Shown here: positions 56,177 through 64,000 of the stretch, in pieces
Layout: each line of letters starts with the position of its first letter
Position numbering within the stretch: the stretch's first letter is position 1
Assembly: GCA_950097015.1 (NCBI GenBank)
Contig: CATNEN010000024.1
Coordinates: 6,076,001-6,140,000 of the forward strand
From: Macrostomum hystrix
Lineage: Eukaryota; Animalia; Platyhelminthes
Direction: 5' to 3'
DNA: 64,000 nucleotides
Notes under the pieces: generated by a model
What the model was told of the DNA's origin: nothing
Databases searched by the model: none
Seen by the model: the letters and a program-made list of their open reading frames with translations, nothing else
Program-made: the position numbers and the translations under genes

Positions 56177-59100
56177 GCACAAAATGGCGCGAATAAATTT
56201 TCAGCCAGTTTTTGCGTCTGTCTCGGACAGCCAGCCAGCCAGGCCGGCAGGCATCTTCGAAGATGGCTTCGTAGATCTTCCCTTTGAAGATGCTAACACA
56301 AACACGTAGACTGGGGAAAGCAAGACGCTGCTTTGACCAGGAAAAGCTGGATTCGGCCTCTCTGTAGATTTCTCTGGCCAGCCGATCTCCGAGGATAATT
56401 GAGCGTAAAGCCTCACTTATCTCATTTTCTCTTGGAGGAAAAGAATATCTCTACCAGGCCGCTGCTACTAGGAGGATGAAGAGGTTAATCCGGAAGTTGA
56501 TTAAAGAGACAAAATTCTTGGTGGGCCGTTGTCTGTCGGTGGCTGATAGTAAATTATCCAGAAGGAGAGGGGAGGTCCAGATTAAAATTTTCCCAAACGC
56601 GGGTCCAAGTCAAGAGCAAAGAGCTCGCAATCAAAGTGTGAGAACTATGTACATTTATTCTCCGAGTAAATTTTCTTCTCCGACTGTACATTCTACCGAC
56701 GAAATCTCTAACGAGGTCCAGTGAAGCCCCTAAATCTCTTTGCCTAACGTACGTTCTCCTAAATAAATCTCTAACCTAGAATGTACATTTTCTAAATTAA
56801 ATCCCGACTTACCGTGAATGAAATTTCTCCGTAAGAAATTTCTATCCTGAACGTGCATTTCCTCCACTAAATCTCTACCCCGAATGTACATTTTCGCGGC
56901 AGAATCTCTTTCTCGGAATGTACATTCCCCCTTCTAAATCTCTACCCAGAATGTACATACTTCCCCCTTCTAAATCTCTACCCAGAATGTACATACTTCC
57001 AAATAATCACAATCCGCCAAATAGCCATAGACACTGTGCAAGCTTCGAATCTGTTTATGAAGCTGCGTGCATGCATGCTTTTGCGCAGGAGAGCAGACGA
57101 AAAGAATACTGAATTTTGTACGATGGCGCGTGGGAACAAAACTAGGAAATCGATCTGTCCACCAATTTTGCCAAACAAAATGCTACTTTTTTCGGGTTTG
57201 CAGACGAATAAAAAAATAGGACTAGATTAAACAAAGTGGCAGGTAGCGGATTGGCAGTGATTATAGAAAGGGAGACGACGACACAAGAAGAGCAGTGGCC
57301 CGGCGGCCCGCCTCATTCTCAGCCAGAAGCCAATTAGTCTGGCAAGATTTTTTTCACTGCGCAAGCAGAACTGCTGCAACAATCTTCTGAAGCTGGGGCC
57401 TTGGGTTGAGCTCTTTGTCCGTAAAAAAGTGCTCAACCCAATGACCGATGACAGACTACTCCCACCTGATTCCCTCGCTTACTCAAAAAGAACTTTTTTA
57501 ACAATAAACGATCACAATCTAAGGAATGTGAGAACTCACTAATTATAAATAAGGTTAGAGATTGCAGCAGTGTTGGCTCAGCCAGGTGGCTTTGCAGTTA
57601 ACAAGTGGAATAGAAATAGACGCCGAATCGATGCAAAATCACAATTTTGAACGGGCTGCGATAGAAATGCGGCTCAAACAGATTTCTGTTACTCTTATTA
57701 GTCATAATCTTACTCTTTTAATCTCTTTAACTATCAATTCTGCATTGCATATCAGAATCTTCCCAATCAGAATCTTCCCAATCAGAATCTTCCCAATCAG
57801 AATCTTCCTAATCAGAATCTTCCCAATTAGAATCTCCCCCAATCAGAATCTTCCCAATCAGAATCTTCCCAATCAGAATCTCCCCCAATCAGAATCTTCC
57901 CAATCAGAATCTTCCCAATCAGAATCTTCCCAATCAGAATCTTCCCAATCAGAATCTTCCCAATCAGAATCTTCCCAATCAGAATCTTCCCAATCAGAAT
58001 CTTCCCAATCAGAATCTTCCTAATCAGAATCTTCCCAATCAGAATCTCCCCCAATCAGAATCTTCCCAATCAGAATCTCCCCCAATCAGAATCTTCCCAA
58101 TCAGAATCTCCCCCAATCAGAATCTCCCCAATCAGAATCTCCCCAATCAGAATCTTCCCAATCAGAATCTTCCCAATCAGAATCTCCCCCAATCAGAATC
58201 TTCCCAATCAGAATCTTCCCAATCAGAATCTTCCCAATCAGAATCTTCCCAATCAGAATCTTCCCAATCAGAATCTTCCCAATCAGAATCTTCCCAATCA
58301 GAATCTTCCCAAGCAAAATCTCCCCCAATCAGAATCTTCCCAATCAGAACCTTCCCAATCAGAATCTTCCCAATCAGAATCTCCCCCAATCAGAATCTTC
58401 CCAATCAGAACCTTCCCAATCAGAATCTCCCCCAATCAGAATCTCCCCAATCAGAATCTTCCCAATCAGAATCTTCCCAATCAGAATCTTCCTAATCAGA
58501 ATCTTCCCAATCAGAATCTCCCCCAATCAGAATCTTCCCAATCAGAATCTCCCCCAATCAGAATCTTCCCAATCAGAACCTTCCCAATCAGAATCTCCCC
58601 AATCAGAATCTCCCCAATCAGAATCTTCCCAATCAGAATCTTCCCAATCAGAATCTCCCCCAATCAGAATCTTCCCAATCAGAATCTTCCCAATCAGAAT
58701 CTTCCCAATCAGAATCTTCCCAATCAGAATCTTCCCAATTAGAATCTTCCCAAGCAAAATCTCCCCCAATCAGAATCTTCCCAATCAGAATCTCCCCCAA
58801 TCAGAATCTTCCCAATCAGAATCTCCCCCAATCAGAATCTTCCCAATCAGAACCTTCCCAATCAGAATCTCCCCCAATCAGAATCTCCCCAATCAGAATC
58901 TTCCCAATCAGAATCTTCCCAATCAGAATCTCCCCCAATCAGAATCTTCCCAATCAGAATCTTCCTAATCAGAATCTCCCCCAATCAGAATCTTCCCAAT
59001 CAGAACCTTCCCAATCAGAATCTCCCTCAATCAGAATCTCCCCAATCAGAATCTTCCCAATCAGAATCTTCCCAATCAGAATCTCCCCCAATCAGAATCT

Positions 59101-62100
59101 TCCCAATCAGAATCTTCCCAATCAGAATCTTCCCAATCAGAATCTCCCCCAATCAGAATCTTCCCAATCAGAATCTTCCCAATCAGAATCTTTCCAATCA
59201 GAATCTTCCCAATCAGAATCTCCCCAATCAGAATCTCCCCAATCAGAATCTCCCCAATCAGAATCTTCCCAATCAGAATCTTCCCAATCAGAATCTCCCC
59301 CAATCAGAATCTTCCCAATCAGAACCTTCCCAATCAGAATCTCCCCAATCAGAATCTTCCCAATCAGAATCTCCCCCAATCAGAATCTTCCCAATCAGAA
59401 TCTTCCCAATCAGAATCTTCCCAATCAGAATCTTCCCAATCAGAATCTTCCCAATCAGAATCAACCCAATCAAGAATGTTAAGAATCCCTATTAAAAATC
59501 TTCCCTATATTCCAACGTACCGAGAGCAGATGAGGACACAAGGATCCATATCAATCAATAGTTTGCACATTTTAGTGTCTATCGATAAAACCAGAACATA
59601 GAGTGAGGAAATCTGGACTACGCGTCTTGACTAGCAAATCAGAACCCATGCTGAACTCAGCTGATGCTCACTGTTTTGTGCCTGAGCTGTCGCTGCCCTG
59701 AGTATCATCCCGCTGATAGAAGAGCCGGATGTTGGACTTTGAGCACACCAAACACGCCCAGCTTCGACTCGCGTCCCTAACAGGATTAGCGAGCGGGCCT
59801 TTGTCCACCGCGTCGTGGAGTCTCTAAAGCCGCACTGATCAAATTAGTCGCCGTCGATAAATTCGACAGTTTTGAGCGAAAGGGCGGAGATGCAGTGAGC
59901 ACCAGAGAGGTGCATGCATCTTCAAGGAGAAACTTATAGTGCACAGCTGTTGGGTTGCATTTACACTGCATATTGTCTTCTGTGTGTCTTCTCCTCCTTA
60001 ATGTGATTGCAACCACATCGGATGAGTCACAGTTCACTTTATACGTGCAGTGTATTGTACAGTATCATCACTTTAGGCGCGACACCCACCTTACTCCGCT
60101 TCACACGTCCGTCAAGCACCCACCTCACTCCGCTTTACGCATCCGTCAAGCACCCACCTCACTCCGCTTTACGCATCCGTCAAGCACCCACCTCACTCCG
60201 CTTTACGCCTCCGTCAAGCACCCACCTCACTCCGCTTTATGCCTCCGTCAGACACCCACCTCACTCCATCAGACACCCAGCTCACTCCGCTTTATGCCTC
60301 CGTCAGACACCCACCTCACTCCATCAGACACCCACCTCACTCCGCTTTTTGCCTCCGTCAGACACCCACCTCACTCCACTTTACGCCTCCGTCAGACATC
60401 AACCAATTGTACGATAAACTCCAACCTTTCAGAAATCCATCTCACTCCGCATTATCACAAATTTACAGCGTACATTCGTTCCATTGCTTAGTATTCTGCG
60501 CATTCAAGTTATAGCCTACTTAAAAATGTCACGAACCGTCACCTTTCGTCAAATATTTGCTTTGGCTCTCATTTTACACATTTACTTTTTGCCTAGCGAT
60601 TAGGCGCAAAATTAAAGATAGGATTTCGAAGTTGTCTAGAAACCAACATGCAAGCCTTCCACTTCAGAGTTTGTGTTGTATCCTCGGGTGAGGAATACAA
60701 AAATCCTACCTATTAATCATAATAAAGGTGAAAGATTTGGTCGAAAATAATCGATAGTAGAATTCGCCTCAATCATTCGCTTCCCAACGATTCTCGTCAT
60801 CATCCCCATCAGCTGCCGTGTCTCACAAGATGCATTTCTAATACAGAAACAGTAAAGGTGAGTTTTGCATCCAGACACAGCCCCACAGCCTTACACATCA
60901 TTGCTTGCTTCCACTTTTAACGCTTCGATTCTCAACGGACATGGACTGTCTATAAGACTCTTATAGACAGCAGTCAGCCGGGTGTGGGCCGCCAGCCCAT
61001 TCGCTTCACACGCTCTCACCTGCCTGACCATGGCCCGTGCCAGTCTGTCAGTCCGATTGTGACTCTTACGGCATTATTCTGCTTGTGCACTGTCTAGAAT
61101 ATAGAGGCCATTACTTAGTAAGGCCTGCTTGACTTGCTGCCATTCTCCCTGTCTGCCTCTCCCTGTCTGCCTCTCCCTGTCTGCCTCTCCCTGTCTGCCT
61201 CTCCCTGTCTGCCTCTCCCTGTCTGCCTCTCCCTGTCTGCCTCTCCCTGTCTGCCTCTCTCTGTCTGCCTCTCCCTGTCTGCCTCTCCCTGTCTGCCTCT
61301 CCCTGTCTGCCTCTCCCTGTCTGCCTCTCCCTGTCTGCCTCTCCCTGTCTGCCTCTCCCTGTCTGCCTCTCCCTGTCTGCCTCTCCCTGTCTGCCTCTCC
61401 CTGTCTGCCTCTCCCTGTCTGCCTCTCCCTGTCTGCCTCTCCCTGTCTGCCTCTCCCTGTCTGCCTCTCCCTGTCTGCCTCTCCCTGTCTGCCTCTCACT
61501 GTCTCCCTATCCCTGTCTCCCTATCCCTGTCTCCCTATCCCTGTCTCTTTCTGAGAAAGCATTAGCGTGTCTCATTTACTGTTCTTTCATTTGATACGCG
61601 CTAACATCTGAACCGTTTTGAAATAAAATCGCGGGTTTGCTAACTTTCCACGACAAGCTTCGACAAAGACTTTGCAACAATCACCCGGAAATAAGAAGTG
61701 AAACTGAATTTCAAGAAAAAAATTCCCACCCTAACAAGCCTTCCGCTGATCGCCTAATCAAAAGACTGACAAATTCACGGCTCAGATCGGATGGTTGGAA
61801 TTTAATTCGCAGTTCACAATGTGACTTTGAAATTCTAGTGAGCCCCAAGCTGCCAGATTTAAACCAGAGAGTCGAGTGTTTAATTAGAAAAGGTGTTAAA
61901 TAATTCGAGTGATACTCTCACATCTAATTTGGAAAGTGAATTCACGATGGCAAAGAGTCGCGGCAGCCATATTTTCCAAGATTCACTCCTATGGGAATTG
62001 GTCGAGTGAATCTTCTGCCTGAATAGTATAGAGATCGATTGATTTGAGATATTGCTCAGAGGGGCGCGGGCTGCCTAAATCTGCTGGATTGTTCTAAAGT

Positions 62101-63868
62101 CAAAATAAAACAATCAAAAACATTATTTTCTTCTTCTTGTGTTTAAGATACTTGGAAACCAACATTTCACCTACCAGTCTACTCAGAAACCTACCAGTCT
62201 ACTCAGATACCTACCAGTCTACTCAGATACCTACCAGTCTACTCAGATACCTACCAGTCTACTCAGAAACCTACCAGTCTACTCAGAAACCTACCAGTCT
62301 ACTAAGATACCTACCAGTCTACTCAGATACCTACCAGTCTACTCAGATACCTACCAGTCTACTCAGATACCTACCAGTCTACTCAGAAATCTACCAGTCT
62401 ACTCAGAAATCTACCAGTCTACTAAGATACCTACCAGTCTACTAAGATACCTACCAGTCTACTAAGATACCTACCAGTCTACTCAGATACCTACCAGTCT
62501 ACTCAGATACCTACCAGTCTACTCAGATACCTACCAGTCTACTCAGAAACCTACCAGTCTACTCAGATACCTACCAGTCTACTCAGATACCTACCAGTCT
62601 ACTCAGAAACCTACCAGTCTACTAAGATACCTACCAGTCTACTCAGATACCTACCAGTCTACTCAGATACCTACCAGTCTACTCAGATACCTACCAGTCT
62701 ACTCAGATACCTACCAGTCTACTCAGATACCTACCAGTCTACTCAGATACCTACCAGTCTACTCAGAAACCTACCAGTCTACTAAGATACCTACCAGTCT
62801 ACTCAGATACCTACCAGTCTACTCAGATACCTACCAGTCTACTCAGATACCTACCAGTCTACTCAGATACCTACCAGTCTACTCAGATACCTACCAGTCT
62901 ACTCAGAAACCTACCAGTCTACTAAGATACCTACCAGTCTACTCAGATACCTACCAGTCTACTCAGATACCTACCAGTCTACTCAGATACCTACCAGTCT
63001 ACTCAGAAATCTACCAGTCTACTCAGAAATCTACCAGTCTACTAAGATACCTACCAGTCTACTAAGATACCTACCAGTCTACTCAGATACCTACCAGTCT
63101 ACTAAGATACCTACCAGTCTACTAAGAAACCTACCAATCTACTCAGATACCTACCAGTCTACTAAGATACCTACCAGTCTACTCAGATACCTACCAGTCT
63201 ACTCAGATACCTACCAGTCTACTCAGATACCTACCAGTCTCCTCAAATACCTACCAGTCTACTAAGATACCTACCAGTCTCCTCAAATACCTACCAGTCT
63301 TCTCAGATACCTACCAGTCTCCTCAGATACCTACCAGTCTCCTCAAATACCTACCAGTCTACTAAGATACCTACCAGTCTACTCAGATACGTACCAGTCT
63401 CCTCAAATACCTACCAGTCTACTCAGATACCTACCAGTCTACTCAGATACCTACCAGTCTACTCAGATACCTACCAGTATCCTCAGAAACCTGCCAGTTT
63501 CCTCAGATACCTACCAGTCTACTCAGATACCTATTAGTCTACTCAGACACGTACCAGTCAACTCAGACACCTACTAGTCTCGTTCGAAACCTACTAGTCC
63601 TGTCAGATTACCTACTAGTCTCCTTAGATTCCAGTCACCCCACCCTATCAGTCTCACCGGTGACATAGTCCACCTCAACCTCAATGAGGTACCGGGCTCG
63701 AATCCCGTTGCCAACCGGACTCGCCGGAACAGTCGCAGGAGCGGCCACCGTTGCCGGATGCAACGCCTGACTCCCAACTGTCGCACTACCGATGTGCAGC
63801 GGCAGAAACAGCATCGTTGCTATGACAACAGCTCGAAATTGCAGTCGTGAATGCTTCGGAGAAATCAT
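56177..63868 (-). CDS. candidate 5' exons of the neuregulin-like gene (signal peptide and unknown N-terminal domain)
   Basis: Candidate exons: 63868-63658 ([29 protein letters not shown]..., G|GTGAGA), 61089-61020, 59823-59672 and 56430-56177 (84 open codons, C|GTGAGC, phase 1 fits the Ig exon). Donors are strong, but joining all four needs at least one second-choice acceptor, so the exact structure is uncertain. Confidence 0.5.
57749..59470. repeat. 15-bp minisatellite (CCAATCAGAATCTTC)
   Basis: About 115 tandem copies. Confidence 0.97.
60083..60370. repeat. ~34-36-bp minisatellite (CACCCACCTCACTCCGCTTTACGCCTCCGTCAAG)
   Basis: About 8-9 degenerate copies. Confidence 0.88.
61125..61545. repeat. 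14-bp minisatellite (GTCTGCCTCTCCCT)
   Basis: About 30 copies. Confidence 0.95.
62172..63620. repeat. 20-bp minisatellite (CTACCAGTCTACTCAGATAC)
   Basis: About 72 copies, starting about 40 nt after the candidate exon-1 donor. Confidence 0.97.
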
Positions 63869-64000
63869 ATTTTGCGGTCCTAACTTCGTCGGTTAACAAT
63901 AGAAGAAGTTTAAACTCAACTGCTGCTCACTTACTTCGCGCTCTAATTCTTTCTAGCTAGCTCTGCTTCTGTGCTATTAAGCGCCAATAAATAATAACAC

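Overview
Eukaryotic (animal) genomic DNA. Short GC-rich exons sit among SINEs and about 28 unrelated tandem arrays, which I estimate at roughly 28 kb (over 40% of the window). The style suggests a free-living flatworm such as Macrostomum, but that is inference. Genes reconstructed by hand from GT-AG junctions and reading phase: an 8-exon LRRC74-like LRR gene (618-6143, -); a single-exon aerolysin/ETX-MTX2-like pore-forming protein (7813-8700, -); a candidate secreted prohormone apparently frameshifted by a 4-bp duplication (12704-13356, +); an intronless 4-TM claudin-like protein (15354-16400, +); a 3-exon FAXDC2 (24857-28179, -); and a neuregulin-like EGFR ligand (Ig + EGF + TM + tail) spread over 22-33 kb (30460-52884, probably to 63868, -) that the ORF track does not assemble. 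Mobile DNA: an intact, very young 1.55-kb non-autonomous LTR element (identical LTRs, 5-bp TSD, tRNA-Glu PBS, PPT), a tRNA-derived CORE-type SINE family, a second tRNA-derived SINE family and a MITE-like fold-back. The most unusual property is that nearly every intron holds its own minisatellite. In the neuregulin gene these arrays multimerise AP-1, TEAD, STAT-like and CCAAT motifs and, on the pre-mRNA strand, sequences complementary to 5' splice sites. No CRISPR array, rRNA or genuine tRNA gene is supported.
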